Program-made: the position numbers and the translations under genes
Origin: Polyangiales bacterium
GTDB taxonomy: Bacteria > Myxococcota_A > Polyangia > Polyangiales > Houyiibacteriaceae
DNA: 64,000 nucleotides
Assembly (NCBI GenBank): GCA_045106895.1
Contig: JBGCFM010000054.1
Location: forward strand, 9,548 to 73,547
Reading direction: 5' to 3'
Shown here: positions 9,362 to 19,127 of the stretch, one piece after another
Layout: each line of letters opens with the position of its first letter
How positions within the stretch are numbered: position 1 is the first letter of the stretch
The notes under the pieces: model-generated
Database searches by the model: none
What the model saw: only the letters and a program-made list of their open reading frames with translations
Told to the model about the DNA's origin: nothing

Positions 9362-10498
9362 ATGAGTCGTCCTACCCTGATTTCCTGTGCCGCGTTGTTC
9401 CTCTTGGTCGCGTGCGGTGGTGAAGAGACCGCCCCGACGGAAGAGCGCGCGCCCCGCGTGACCGAGAACGCCTCGGCGACACGCGTGGAGGTGGCTGCTG
9501 TTCAACTGAGCGCGGCGGGGCTGAGCGCTCGCTGGCCGGGGGAAGTGGTCGGTTCGCAGGACGCGCTCCTGGCCGCCGCGATGGGCGGATTCGTCGAACG
9601 TGTTCAGGTAGAAGAAGGCGAACAAGTCAGCGAAGGCCAAGTCCTCATCCGGGTGGACACGGCGTCCGCCAGCGCCCGCGTCGGGCAGGCCCGCGTGGAA
9701 GTCGACGCGGCGACAAGGGAGCTTGAACGCGCCGAGCGCCTCGGCAACGCCATCTCTGCGCAACAGGTCGACAACGCACGCTCACGGGTCGCCGCGGCAC
9801 GCGCCGGGCTTCGCTCAGCGACGGTGGCGAGTTCACGCTCCGTGATTCGAGCGCCCTTCGCCGGGACGGTCGCTCAGGTCTCCGTTGAACGAGGTGAAGT
9901 CGCCCCGCCGGGAGCTCCGCTCGTACGTCTCGTTCGCCTCGCGCCGGTCCACGTGGCGGTATCGGTTCCAGACCGCGACGTCGGCTCGCTCCGAGCTGGA
10001 ATGTCCGTGAAGGTCCGCGCTGACGCGACCTCCGTCCCCGTCGATGGGAACATTCTTCGGATCAGCCCCGCCGCGGATTTGCGGACGCGAGCTTTCGAGG
10101 TTCGCATCGAGCTACCCAACGAAGACCGCTCTTTGCTCCCCGGAATGATCGCCGATGTCGAGGTCCAAGGCGAAGCTCAGGAGGAGGCCGTGGTCATCCC
10201 GCAGTACACGCTGGTGACAGCCCTCGCGGAGAACGGTGTGTTCGTCGTGGAAGGCGATGTTGCCCGCTGGCGGCCCGTTCAGGTTGAACGTGTCTTGCGC
10301 GACCAGGTGGTCATCGCCTCGGGTCTGAGCGTGGGTGACCAGCTCATCGTGACCGGGCATCGAGAGCTTGCCGATGGAGACCAGATTCTCTCGGTCCGAC
10401 AAGGCACCTGCTGCACGGGCGGGCGGGTCGTATTCGAAGACGAGCCTCTTGCCGCGGCGCAACCCGAGGAAAGCGACTCTGAGGAGACCGCTCCGTGA
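9362..10498 (+). CDS. RND efflux periplasmic adaptor (MFP) subunit
   Basis: Lipobox LLVAC; lipoyl motifs VEEGEQVSEGQVL and IRAPFAGTV; LLPGMIADV. Confidence 0.92.
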   Translation: MSRPTLISCAALFLLVACGGEETAPTEERAPRVTENASATRVEVAAVQLSAAGLSARWPGEVVGSQDALLAAAMGGFVERVQVEEGEQVSEGQVLIRVDTASASARVGQARVEVDAATRELERAERLGNAISAQQVDNARSRVAAARAGLRSATVASSRSVIRAPFAGTVAQVSVERGEVAPPGAPLVRLVRLAPVHVAVSVPDRDVGSLRAGMSVKVRADATSVPVDGNILRISPAADLRTRAFEVRIELPNEDRSLLPGMIADVEVQGEAQEEAVVIPQYTLVTALAENGVFVVEGDVARWRPVQVERVLRDQVVIASGLSVGDQLIVTGHRELADGDQILSVRQGTCCTGGRVVFEDEPLAAAQPEESDSEETAP

Positions 10499-13400
10499 TC
10501 GATACTCTCGTCCGAAAGAGGCGGCTCTTCATCAACTTCCTCGTGTTCTGCGTCGTACTCCTCGGGACGAAGATCTACGGGGAGCTTCCACGCGAAGCGA
10601 ATCCGGATGTCTCGATTCCCGTCGTGACCGTGATGACGCCTTACATTGGCGTGTCGCCTCAGGACATCGAGTCCTTGGTCACCATTCCGCTCGAGAATGA
10701 ACTCGCCGGCGTCAAAGACCTCAAGCACCTGACGAGCACTTCGTACGAAGGCCTCAGCGCCGTCATCCTTGAGTTCGAGCCTGAGGTCGTCATCCAAGAC
10801 GCCCTTCAACGAGTTCGTGACCGCGTCGGACGAGTCTCCACGCTGCCGGAGGACGCCGAGGACACCATCGTCTCGGAGATCTCGTTCTCAGACCTTCCGA
10901 TCCTCATCGTCACCCTCGGCGGACCCGTCGACGAGGTGGTGCTGAAGCGTCTCGGTGAGGCTTTAGAGGAAGACATTCAGAGCGTCGCTGGGGTCCTCGA
11001 CGCGAACCTCTCTGGCGGTCGCGAACGCGAGATCCGCGTCGAGATCGATCCTCGCCGCCTGTCTTACTACGGCCTCTCGATGAACGACGTCAGCCAGGCC
11101 ATTGCCACGGAGAACGTCAACATCCCTGGCGGCGACGTGGATGCGGGGGATGCGACCTTCCTTCTGCGTGTTCCCGGCGAAGCGACGTCGCCGTCGGAAC
11201 TTGCCAATATTGCCATCAAGCGAGTCGGCGACCGGCCCGTGTTCGTGCGTGATGTCGCCCGCGTCGTCGACGGTTTTGCGCCTCGCGCCACATACGCACG
11301 AATGAACGGAGAGACCTCGGTCTCCATCGCGGTGTCGAAGAGCACCGGCGCCAACATTGTCGAGGTGGTGGACGCTGTGCAGTCGATGGTCGACGAGCAC
11401 GCCGAACTCTGGCCTGAAGGCGTGCACGCTCGTTACTTGGGCGACCAATCGAAGCTCGTGGACGACATGGTCAGCGAGCTTGAGAACGGCATCATCACGG
11501 GCCTGCTTCTGGTCGTGGCCGTGCTTCTCTTTTTCATGGGCGTTCGGAACAGTTTCTTCGTCGCTATCGCGATTCCGCTGTCCATGCTCCTCGCCTTTAT
11601 TGTCATCTCTGCCTTTGGGCTGACGCTCAACATGATCGTGCTTTTCTCGCTGATCATGGCCCTGGGCATGCTTGTCGATAATGCCATCGTGCTCGTCGAG
11701 AACATATTCCGTCATGTCGAAGAGGGGAAAGACCCCATCACCGCGTCCGTCATCGGCACACAAGAGGTCGCAGGCGCCGTCGCTGCGTCGACGGCGACGA
11801 CCGTCGCCGCCTTTGCGCCGCTGCTGTTTTGGACGGGCATGATGGGCCAGTTCATGGGTTACCTGCCCAAGACTATCGTTATCGTTCTCATCTGCTCTCT
11901 CGTCGTCGCTGTTCTCGTGCTGCCGGTCACAACGGCGGTCTTCATGAAACGCTCGAAGCGCGCGCAGGCCAAAGCCGACGCGGAGAGTGAGACCACGGAG
12001 GCGGGCGACGGCCCCTACCGCGAAGGTGAAATCGACAACTCGCCCTTGGCGGAGACCGGTATCATGGGCGCGTACAGGCGTTTCCTCGAGTTGGCGATTC
12101 GTCGTCGCTACATCACGTTCTTGTTGGGCAACGTCGCCCTCATCGGAACGTTCATGGCGTACGGAGCCCTGAACCACGGCGTGGAGTTCTTTCCCGAGAC
12201 AGAGCCCGCGCGCGCCACTGTGAGCATCCGCGCCCCCATCGGAACAGACGTCGACACCACCGACCGAATCTCACGCCAGGTAGAAGCGATTCTTGCGAGC
12301 ACCGAAAACGTGGACGTCTTCGTCGCCGAAGTCGGTGTGGCGGGGGGCGGCCAGGACCCGATGAGCGCCTCACAGACCGCAGCGAACATGGCCCGAATCA
12401 CCGTGGACTTCTTGCCCGACGCCAACACGGCGCGACCAGGAGAACATGTTCGCGTCGAGCCGACGACGGACACCATCGAAGCGATCCGCACCGCCGTGCG
12501 TGAGATTCCAGGGGCGGAGATCAGCGTTGAAAAGGAACGCATGGGACCTCCCGTGGGAAGTCCCATCGATGTCCGCGTCAGCGGCGACGAAGTTCACGAG
12601 CTCGGTCGTTTGGCGGCACGTGTACGCCGCGACTTGCGCGAGATCGAAGGCTCGACGGGGCTGACAGACAACTACCGCGTTGGACGCCCAGAGATGCGTT
12701 TGCGCATCGATCGCGGCGCGGCGAAACGCGTCGGCTCAAGCACTCAGGCCGTCGCCGGTACCGTGCGTGCCGCCGTCGCGGGCCAAAAGGCGAGCGCTTG
12801 GCGCGACGGCGAAGACGAATACGACATCATGGTGACCGTGGCGCCGGAGTTCCGAGAGGACCTTCAAGCGATCATGGCGCTGCGCATCGACGGCCGTGAG
12901 GACATCAGCCCTGACACCTTCCCAGTGCCACTTTCGGCGGTGGCGACGTACGAGCTAGCCGGCGGTACCGGGGCTATTCATCACATCGACCAGCAGCTTG
13001 TCGTGAGCGTCACCGGCGATGTCGAGGAGGGCTACCAGCAGGATGTGGTTCAGCAGGCGGTCCTCGACTACATCGACGAGACGGAGTTGCCGCCGGGCTA
13101 CAGTCTTTCGTTGGGTGGGTCGAACGACGAACAGGCGGAGACCGGCGAGTTCCTTGCGCGGGCGATGCTCATCGCGCTTCTACTCATCCTCTGCGTCTTG
13201 GTGTTCCAGTTCAACGCGATTCTCACTCCGATTATCGTGCTCTACAGCGTCATCCTCTCCCTCGTTGGCGTGCTCTGGGGCCTCGTACTGACCGGCACGC
13301 CCTTTGGCATCATGATGACTGGACTCGGGGTGATATCCCTCGCGGGTATCGTTGTTAACAATGCCATCGTGCTTCTGGACTACGTGGGACAGCTGCGCGA

Positions 13401-13758
13401 GCGTGGCGCGACGGTGGTGGATGCCCTCGTACGCGCCGGCATGACGCGCTTCCGCCCGGTGATCCTGACGGCGATCACGACGGTCCTGGGGCTCATCCCT
13501 ATGGCCATTGGCGTGTCCCTCGACTTCCGAAAGTTCAAGCTCATCGTCGGTAGCACCACCGCGTCGTGGTGGGCGCCGATGGCCATCGCCATCATCTTTG
13601 GACTTGGTGCCGCGACGCTTCTGACGTTGGTCTTGATCCCGAGCCTCTACGCCATCGCCGAGGACTTCCGAGGTTTCACCAGCCGAACATGGGCGCGCCT
13701 CAAGTCTGGACGAAGCGACGCCGACGGGCCGGGCGGTGCAGCCACGCCCGCTGAGTAG
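10495..13758 (+). CDS. RND efflux permease (AcrB/AcrD/AcrF family)
   Basis: LPREANPDV, GMLVDNAIVLVENI, GIVVNNAIVL, RFRPVILTAITTVLGLIP; 12-TM pattern; GTGA overlap with the MFP gene. Confidence 0.95.
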   Translation: MIDTLVRKRRLFINFLVFCVVLLGTKIYGELPREANPDVSIPVVTVMTPYIGVSPQDIESLVTIPLENELAGVKDLKHLTSTSYEGLSAVILEFEPEVVIQDALQRVRDRVGRVSTLPEDAEDTIVSEISFSDLPILIVTLGGPVDEVVLKRLGEALEEDIQSVAGVLDANLSGGREREIRVEIDPRRLSYYGLSMNDVSQAIATENVNIPGGDVDAGDATFLLRVPGEATSPSELANIAIKRVGDRPVFVRDVARVVDGFAPRATYARMNGETSVSIAVSKSTGANIVEVVDAVQSMVDEHAELWPEGVHARYLGDQSKLVDDMVSELENGIITGLLLVVAVLLFFMGVRNSFFVAIAIPLSMLLAFIVISAFGLTLNMIVLFSLIMALGMLVDNAIVLVENIFRHVEEGKDPITASVIGTQEVAGAVAASTATTVAAFAPLLFWTGMMGQFMGYLPKTIVIVLICSLVVAVLVLPVTTAVFMKRSKRAQAKADAESETTEAGDGPYREGEIDNSPLAETGIMGAYRRFLELAIRRRYITFLLGNVALIGTFMAYGALNHGVEFFPETEPARATVSIRAPIGTDVDTTDRISRQVEAILASTENVDVFVAEVGVAGGGQDPMSASQTAANMARITVDFLPDANTARPGEHVRVEPTTDTIEAIRTAVREIPGAEISVEKERMGPPVGSPIDVRVSGDEVHELGRLAARVRRDLREIEGSTGLTDNYRVGRPEMRLRIDRGAAKRVGSSTQAVAGTVRAAVAGQKASAWRDGEDEYDIMVTVAPEFREDLQAIMALRIDGREDISPDTFPVPLSAVATYELAGGTGAIHHIDQQLVVSVTGDVEEGYQQDVVQQAVLDYIDETELPPGYSLSLGGSNDEQAETGEFLARAMLIALLLILCVLVFQFNAILTPIIVLYSVILSLVGVLWGLVLTGTPFGIMMTGLGVISLAGIVVNNAIVLLDYVGQLRERGATVVDALVRAGMTRFRPVILTAITTVLGLIPMAIGVSLDFRKFKLIVGSTTASWWAPMAIAIIFGLGAATLLTLVLIPSLYAIAEDFRGFTSRTWARLKSGRSDADGPGGAATPAE

Positions 13759-13810
13759 AGGGCCGCTTCTGGCATTGCGTCCGCCGCGCGAGTAGTCCAG
13801 CGTAGCGGCC

Positions 13811-14932
13811 ATGGACGAGCCTCGGAAAGCGACAACCTACTGGGAATACATCAAGACCGAAGAGATCCTGAAACTTCAGGGGGGTCTCGAGGAGAGTGAT
13901 GAAAACCTCGGAAACGATGAGGTGCTCTTCATCACGGTTCATCAAATCGATGAGCTCTGGTTCAAGCTAATCCTTCGGGAGCTCCTCACGGTTCGCGCAC
14001 TCTTTGCCGAAGATCACGTCCCCGAGCAGTCCCTTTCCTCGGTGGTCCGCGGCATCAAACGCATCGCGGTCCTGCTGCACCAAACCGCCGGGCACTTTGC
14101 GCTCATGGAGACCATGACGACGCGCGACTACCTTTCGTTTCGCGACAAGCTCAGCCCCGCGAGCGGCTTTCAGTCCGCCCAGATGCGCGAGATTGAGATC
14201 GTCCTTGGGCTCGAAGAGAAGCGGCGCATCCCCCTCGGGCATGAAGGCGACTACAAGAAGGCCTTGGAGCAGCCAGACGGAAGCCCTTCCGCTGCGCTAA
14301 AGCAGGTGGAGAAGCGCCTCCGCCACCCGGTCACCATGAAGAGTGCCATCGACGACTGGCTGTATCGCACACCGATTCAAGGGTCCGTGCCCAGCGACGC
14401 GGACGATGACGCCGTCGTGACGCGTTTTTGCGAGGGCTACCTCGCCGCTCACGCCGGGGAGACAGAGCGCGCGCTCAAGTATGCCGTTCATGACGCGCTC
14501 ACGCCGGCGGACATCGCGCGGCTTGAGGCACGTTATGAAGGTGCAAGGGCCTCTGCGCGCGCGTTTCTCATGGCGGAAGATGTTCCTGTGGAAGAGCGTC
14601 AGCGACGCCGACGTATTCGCGCCGCGCTCGTGTTTGTCGAGAGCTACCGCGAGCTTCCTCTTCTCGCTTGGCCGCGTGAGCTCATCGACTCCTTGGTCGC
14701 GCTGGAGCAAGCCTTCGTGATCTTCCGCCAGCGCCACGCGCGCATGGTTGAACGAGTTATCGGTCGGCGTACGGGCACCGGCGGCAGCGCCGGGGTGGAC
14801 TACCTCGACCAAACCGCGCTGAAGTATCGGATCTTCGAAGATGTCTGGGCCGTGCGGACTATCCAGATTCGCGCCGACGTTCTGCCTGCGCTCGACGACA
14901 CGAGTTTCTACGGTCTCGTCTCCGAGACCTGA
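13811..14932 (+). CDS. kynA: Tryptophan 2,3-dioxygenase (long form)
   Basis: YWEYIK, FITVHQIDELWFK, PASGFQSAQMREIE, RHARMVERVIG, GTGGSAGVDYL. Confidence 0.92.
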   Translation: MDEPRKATTYWEYIKTEEILKLQGGLEESDENLGNDEVLFITVHQIDELWFKLILRELLTVRALFAEDHVPEQSLSSVVRGIKRIAVLLHQTAGHFALMETMTTRDYLSFRDKLSPASGFQSAQMREIEIVLGLEEKRRIPLGHEGDYKKALEQPDGSPSAALKQVEKRLRHPVTMKSAIDDWLYRTPIQGSVPSDADDDAVVTRFCEGYLAAHAGETERALKYAVHDALTPADIARLEARYEGARASARAFLMAEDVPVEERQRRRRIRAALVFVESYRELPLLAWPRELIDSLVALEQAFVIFRQRHARMVERVIGRRTGTGGSAGVDYLDQTALKYRIFEDVWAVRTIQIRADVLPALDDTSFYGLVSET

Positions 14933-14937
14933 GCGAG

Positions 14938-16059
14938 CTAACGCATCGAGGAGCGACGTGAGCGCATGCCTACGCGCACGGAGGACATGCGTGAACTCAT
15001 GCCCATGGCGGAGCGCATGCCCATGGCGGAGCGCATTCCTCGGGAGGAGCGCATTCCTCTGGAGGAGCGCATGCTGGAGCGCATACGCGAGCCCATCATG
15101 GAGGCCCTGGATTCGCGCCGGCGCCGGCGCCGGACGGCCTGGCGGACACGTTCGCGCTCGACCCGCCGGGCCTCGTCGCTGGGACGACGTTCGGGCACCC
15201 AATCCCAGTAGGGGGGCGAATCGCGGCAGCGCGGTTTGTCGTCTCCGTCACAATAGATGCGGACATGAAAGTGTGAGTTGTGCGTCCCGTATCGTGCCCA
15301 ACGTCCTCGACCGGTCCTTCGCGGACCGACGGCCTCCATGACGCGATGGATCAGCCAATCCGGCGCGTTCTGGCGCTGGGCTTCCGCCAAGAGCCGCTCC
15401 TTGAGCGGAGAGATCACCATGATGTACTGAACGGGCACCACATCTTGGCCCATGAGTGCCGCGACGAGGGCCCAGTTTCGTGTGTCGTCGAACTTGAGTT
15501 CGCGCTCGCTTCGTCGCTCCTTGCCCACGCCGGTCCGGCGAAGGCCGACGAACGTGTTGTTCATCGCGGGTTCGCCCGTCGCGTCGACAAGGTAGAAGCC
15601 CACATCAGCGTCGCGACCGACTCGGTGGCTCCGATGTGGACGAATGCGCCCGCCTCGCTGACGACTGAGGTCTCCCACGAGAAGGCGTGAGCCTGGGTAC
15701 TGGGCTTCCACCTGCGCCGAGGCCCAGGTCAGTAGATTGGTAAACTCTTGGGTGCCGTAGGCGTTGTTGGGCGTCCGAACGTGAACCCCGTTGATGGGCT
15801 CAAGAGCCACGCCTCGGTGAAGCCGGCCTTGGTTGGTGGCTCCGATCGAGCGGGAAGGGGAGACGTCCTCTCTTGGAGGACCGAACCCCTCGGCGGGTCC
15901 GCCAGGCGGCGGAGTGTCTCTCGGCTCTGGAATGGGCCAGGCCGCGGCTCCGGTCGCCGGTTCATCGAGCTCTTCGTCGCTCTCTTGGCTCTGCGCTGGG
16001 AGGCCGAACGACACCACGAGGAGCGTGAGCAGAATCCAGCGGGACGGACGAAGAAGCAC
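14938..16059 (-). CDS. mepA: Penicillin-insensitive murein endopeptidase (MepA family) with Met/Arg/Ser-rich tail
   Basis: SIGATNQGRL, GDLS..GG...HRSHRVGRDADVGFY, HNSHFHVRIYC; signal peptide after GTG 16059 (start uncertain). Confidence 0.82.
   Translation of the reverse strand: MLLRPSRWILLTLLVVSFGLPAQSQESDEELDEPATGAAAWPIPEPRDTPPPGGPAEGFGPPREDVSPSRSIGATNQGRLHRGVALEPINGVHVRTPNNAYGTQEFTNLLTWASAQVEAQYPGSRLLVGDLSRQRGGRIRPHRSHRVGRDADVGFYLVDATGEPAMNNTFVGLRRTGVGKERRSERELKFDDTRNWALVAALMGQDVVPVQYIMVISPLKERLLAEAQRQNAPDWLIHRVMEAVGPRRTGRGRWARYGTHNSHFHVRIYCDGDDKPRCRDSPPYWDWVPERRPSDEARRVERERVRQAVRRRRRRESRASMMGSRMRSSMRSSRGMRSSRGMRSAMGMRSAMGMSSRMSSVRVGMRSRRSSMR
14998..15084. repeat. 18-bp coding tandem repeat (4 units plus a partial) encoding MRSSRG/MRSAMG
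   Basis: CATGCCCATGGCGGAGCG x2 then CATTCCTCKGGAGGAGCG x2. Confidence 0.85.
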
Positions 16060-16233
16060 GGACGTAAAATAGGGCAAAGAGGGGCCAGGCACAAAAAGCA
16101 AGACTGCGATCGGTGACGCTCCATTCATTCGTGCCGTCAGCGCGTTGCCCCGGGGCATCGAGTGCGTTATGCAGCGTCCATTGCCCCCTGGGGGCCGCTT
16201 CTCCCACAAGAAGTGGCGACAATCGGAGAGTTC

Positions 16234-16476
16234 ATGGAACGCGCGCAGCTACTCGAAATGTTCACAAAGACGGCCTCAGAGGTTGCTGAAAAGGAATTTT
16301 CGGCGATTGAGGAGTCCACAGTCATCGCGGACATGGGCGTCGACTCCCTGGCGATGCTCGAAGTCGTCGGTGAAATGGAGCGTACGCTCTCAATTCAGAT
16401 CCCGGATGACAGTCTCGTCGGTATCGAAACCGTCGCTCAGCTTCTCGATGTCGTCGAGAAGCGCATCGAGGCCTGA
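16234..16476 (+). CDS. Acyl carrier protein
   Basis: 80 aa, acidic; MGVDSL phosphopantetheine site; GGAGAG RBS. Confidence 0.9.
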   Translation: MERAQLLEMFTKTASEVAEKEFSAIEESTVIADMGVDSLAMLEVVGEMERTLSIQIPDDSLVGIETVAQLLDVVEKRIEA

Positions 16477-16541
16477 GCCAGGTCTCAGCTAGGCGCGGAA
16501 GCGCCGTGCGTTTGAGCCGTCATTTGTGTAGCGTGCTCTCT

Positions 16542-19124
16542 ATGAGACGCCTCGCTTTGCTTTGTATTGGTCTTCTCCTCGCCTGCGGAGACGACACCGT
16601 GACGGACGCAGGATCCGCCGATGTTGGAAATGACACCTCGGCCGACGCCCAAGACGCAGTCGATGTCGGCGGTGAGGATGTTCCCTCCTTCGAGTGCGAC
16701 ACCCCGTCTCCCTTCGAAGAAGGCGCAGTGCCGATGCCGGTGGTCCTTGGTGAGGGCGTCGTCGCTGGGCGCTTGAGTGCCGCGCAGCTTCCGCCGGACA
16801 ACTTAGGTCTGAGCGAGTGGCGCGATGGTGACTTTGTCCTCGCCAACAGTGAAGTCGCGGTTCTTTTCTCCCAGCAAGACCACGAGGGCCAGACCTACGA
16901 CCCCTACGGCGGGCGTATGGTCGGTATCGCTGGCGTGGATGGGAACCAGCTCGTCGATGCCGCCGACTTCAGTCTTATCGTGATGACGATCGGTCGTTTT
17001 CTCGTCGCGACCCGTTCTATCACCGTCATGAACGACGGAAGCGATGGCGAAGCCGCCGTCGTTCGTGTCACCGGTCCTCTCGCGCCTCTCACGGCGCTTG
17101 GCGAAGTCATCGAAGTTCTGTCGAGTCTTGACTTCACGGGAACCGAAGGCGCCATCGACTACACCCTCGAACCTGGCGCGAACGCAGTCGATGTGACGAT
17201 GCGGGTCAGTCCCCACCGTCAGCTCGTGTCCAGCGTGGGCGCGCTTCAGGTCTTCTTCCAGGCAAACCGAATGCCTGCGTGGAGGCCGGAGACCGGGTTC
17301 GGCGAGACCTCGGGCCGAACACCCTTCGTCGCCTTCACGGACGACTTCAGCACCAACTACGCTTGGACCGCACCGCCCGATGGCATGCTCTCGGGGTTGG
17401 TCAGCTTCAGCGGCGCCGACGTGTTTTCGACCGGCGGCGTTCGCCTGGGCTGTGGTGCAAACGACGTGCCTCTCGGCCGAATCGTCATCGGGGCGGAGGG
17501 CGGAATGCCGGCCCTCATGAAGAGCCTCGAGGATGACGGTTCGCAGGAGACGATGGTGCTCAGCGGCCGAGTCGTCGACACGGCTGGAACGCCGGTAGGC
17601 GGCGTCCGTATTCACGCCGTGAACGCAGAGGATGAGCACTTGTCGCGTTTCCGCGTGGACGAAACGGGAGCGTTCAGCCAGCCCGTCGATTCCCGCGCAA
17701 CCCAGCTCTACGTTTGGCGCGACGGCTTTCCGTTTGCCGGGCCCTTCGCCGTGAGCGCGGACAACGTTCTTGAGCTTCCCGTCGCCTCCACCATCCGCGT
17801 CGCGGTGACCGAGACTTCCTCGGGTAACCCCTTTCCTGCCAAGGTAGAGGTCTTCCGCGTCGATGGCGAGGTGCCGACGGCGCCAGAGGCGTTCGGTGAG
17901 AGTGCCCCTGGATCGGGCCGCATCCACTTTGAAAACCCCGTCGACGGCGTGGCGGTGCTCGAGGTTCCAGCGGGCGAATACCGAGTGCGCGTAGGTCACG
18001 GACCGACGTATGAACGCGTTGAAGAAGTCGTCAGTGTGGACGGTGGCGAGGCCCTCGTCGAAGCGTCCATCGACGAGATTTTTCCAAATCCCGGTGTTCT
18101 TTGCGGTGACTTTCATCTTCATACGACCGGGTCCGTCGACTCGCCCGACCGCGCAGACGACAAGCTACGCTCCATCGTCGCGAACGGCGTGCAGATTGCG
18201 GTTCGTACCGAGCACGAAGTGATTCGCGACTACTCACCGATCATCGCCGACCTTGGGTTGGACTCTTTCGTGAAGGGGTTCATCGGCCTTGAGCTGAGTA
18301 CCGTCGAGTACGGCCATTTCAATACGTTCCCACTCTTGATGACGGATGGTCCTGGCAACGGGGCGCCGCTTTGGCCTGGAATGCTCCCCACGGAGCTCTT
18401 CGACGCGGTTCGAAATCGGCCAGAAGCACCCACCGTGACGATCAACCATCCACGCAGCGGAGGTTCTCTTCAGGGGTACTTCAACGCGGCTCAATACGAC
18501 CCAGTCACCGGTACGCCTGGGCGTCCCGAGATGTGGGATGAAGAGTTCCGCGTTGTTGAGCTCTTCAACGACAGCAACTTTGAGTCCAATCGCGACAGCA
18601 CCGTGGCGGACTGGTTCTCGCTCCTGAATCAAGGTCGCCAGATCGCAGCGGTGGGCTCCTCGGACAGTCACCGGGTCAACTCCGTACCGCCGGGATACCC
18701 ACGTACGTGCCTCCAAGTTGGCACCGACACGCCCAGTGAGGTGACCGGGGCCGTGCTTCAGGCCGCCCTCGAGCGCGGCGCTTCCATCATCTATGGCGGC
18801 ATCGATCTGCGAGTGACGGGTCCCGATGGCGCGGGCCCAGGCGATACCGTTGCGGACAGCGGCGAGACGGCGATGTTTAACGTCACCCTCATCGCGGCGG
18901 ACTTTGTCGATGTGAACAGGCTCGAAGTGATCGTGGACGGTGTCACAACTCAGACCATCACCATCGACACTTTGGGCGCGGGTGTGCGCTACGACGAGGA
19001 CATCGCCATCGACGTGGCGGAGGGCGGCAGCTGGGTCATCTTCCACGCCGCAGGTGATGAGCCTTTCAACGCCAACGGGTCCCGGCCCTTCGCGGTCTCG
19101 AACCCGGTCTTTCTTGCTCGATGA
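16542..19124 (+). CDS. CehA/McbA-family (PHP-like) metallohydrolase lipoprotein
   Basis: Lipobox LLACGDD; DFHLHT, TEHE, ELST..YGHFN, INHPR, GSSDSH, AVSNPVF. Confidence 0.82.
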   Translation: MRRLALLCIGLLLACGDDTVTDAGSADVGNDTSADAQDAVDVGGEDVPSFECDTPSPFEEGAVPMPVVLGEGVVAGRLSAAQLPPDNLGLSEWRDGDFVLANSEVAVLFSQQDHEGQTYDPYGGRMVGIAGVDGNQLVDAADFSLIVMTIGRFLVATRSITVMNDGSDGEAAVVRVTGPLAPLTALGEVIEVLSSLDFTGTEGAIDYTLEPGANAVDVTMRVSPHRQLVSSVGALQVFFQANRMPAWRPETGFGETSGRTPFVAFTDDFSTNYAWTAPPDGMLSGLVSFSGADVFSTGGVRLGCGANDVPLGRIVIGAEGGMPALMKSLEDDGSQETMVLSGRVVDTAGTPVGGVRIHAVNAEDEHLSRFRVDETGAFSQPVDSRATQLYVWRDGFPFAGPFAVSADNVLELPVASTIRVAVTETSSGNPFPAKVEVFRVDGEVPTAPEAFGESAPGSGRIHFENPVDGVAVLEVPAGEYRVRVGHGPTYERVEEVVSVDGGEALVEASIDEIFPNPGVLCGDFHLHTTGSVDSPDRADDKLRSIVANGVQIAVRTEHEVIRDYSPIIADLGLDSFVKGFIGLELSTVEYGHFNTFPLLMTDGPGNGAPLWPGMLPTELFDAVRNRPEAPTVTINHPRSGGSLQGYFNAAQYDPVTGTPGRPEMWDEEFRVVELFNDSNFESNRDSTVADWFSLLNQGRQIAAVGSSDSHRVNSVPPGYPRTCLQVGTDTPSEVTGAVLQAALERGASIIYGGIDLRVTGPDGAGPGDTVADSGETAMFNVTLIAADFVDVNRLEVIVDGVTTQTITIDTLGAGVRYDEDIAIDVAEGGSWVIFHAAGDEPFNANGSRPFAVSNPVFLAR

Positions 19125-19127
19125 GCC

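Noticed and set aside
9200..9763. 474-aa LysR as given by the ORF track
   Set aside because: The N-terminal extension overlaps the MFP gene; the HTH begins near 9193.
13770..13786. GG-N10-GC motif upstream of the TDO gene
   Set aside because: The -12 element is CCGC rather than TTGC, and the motif sits just after the upstream stop; likely chance.
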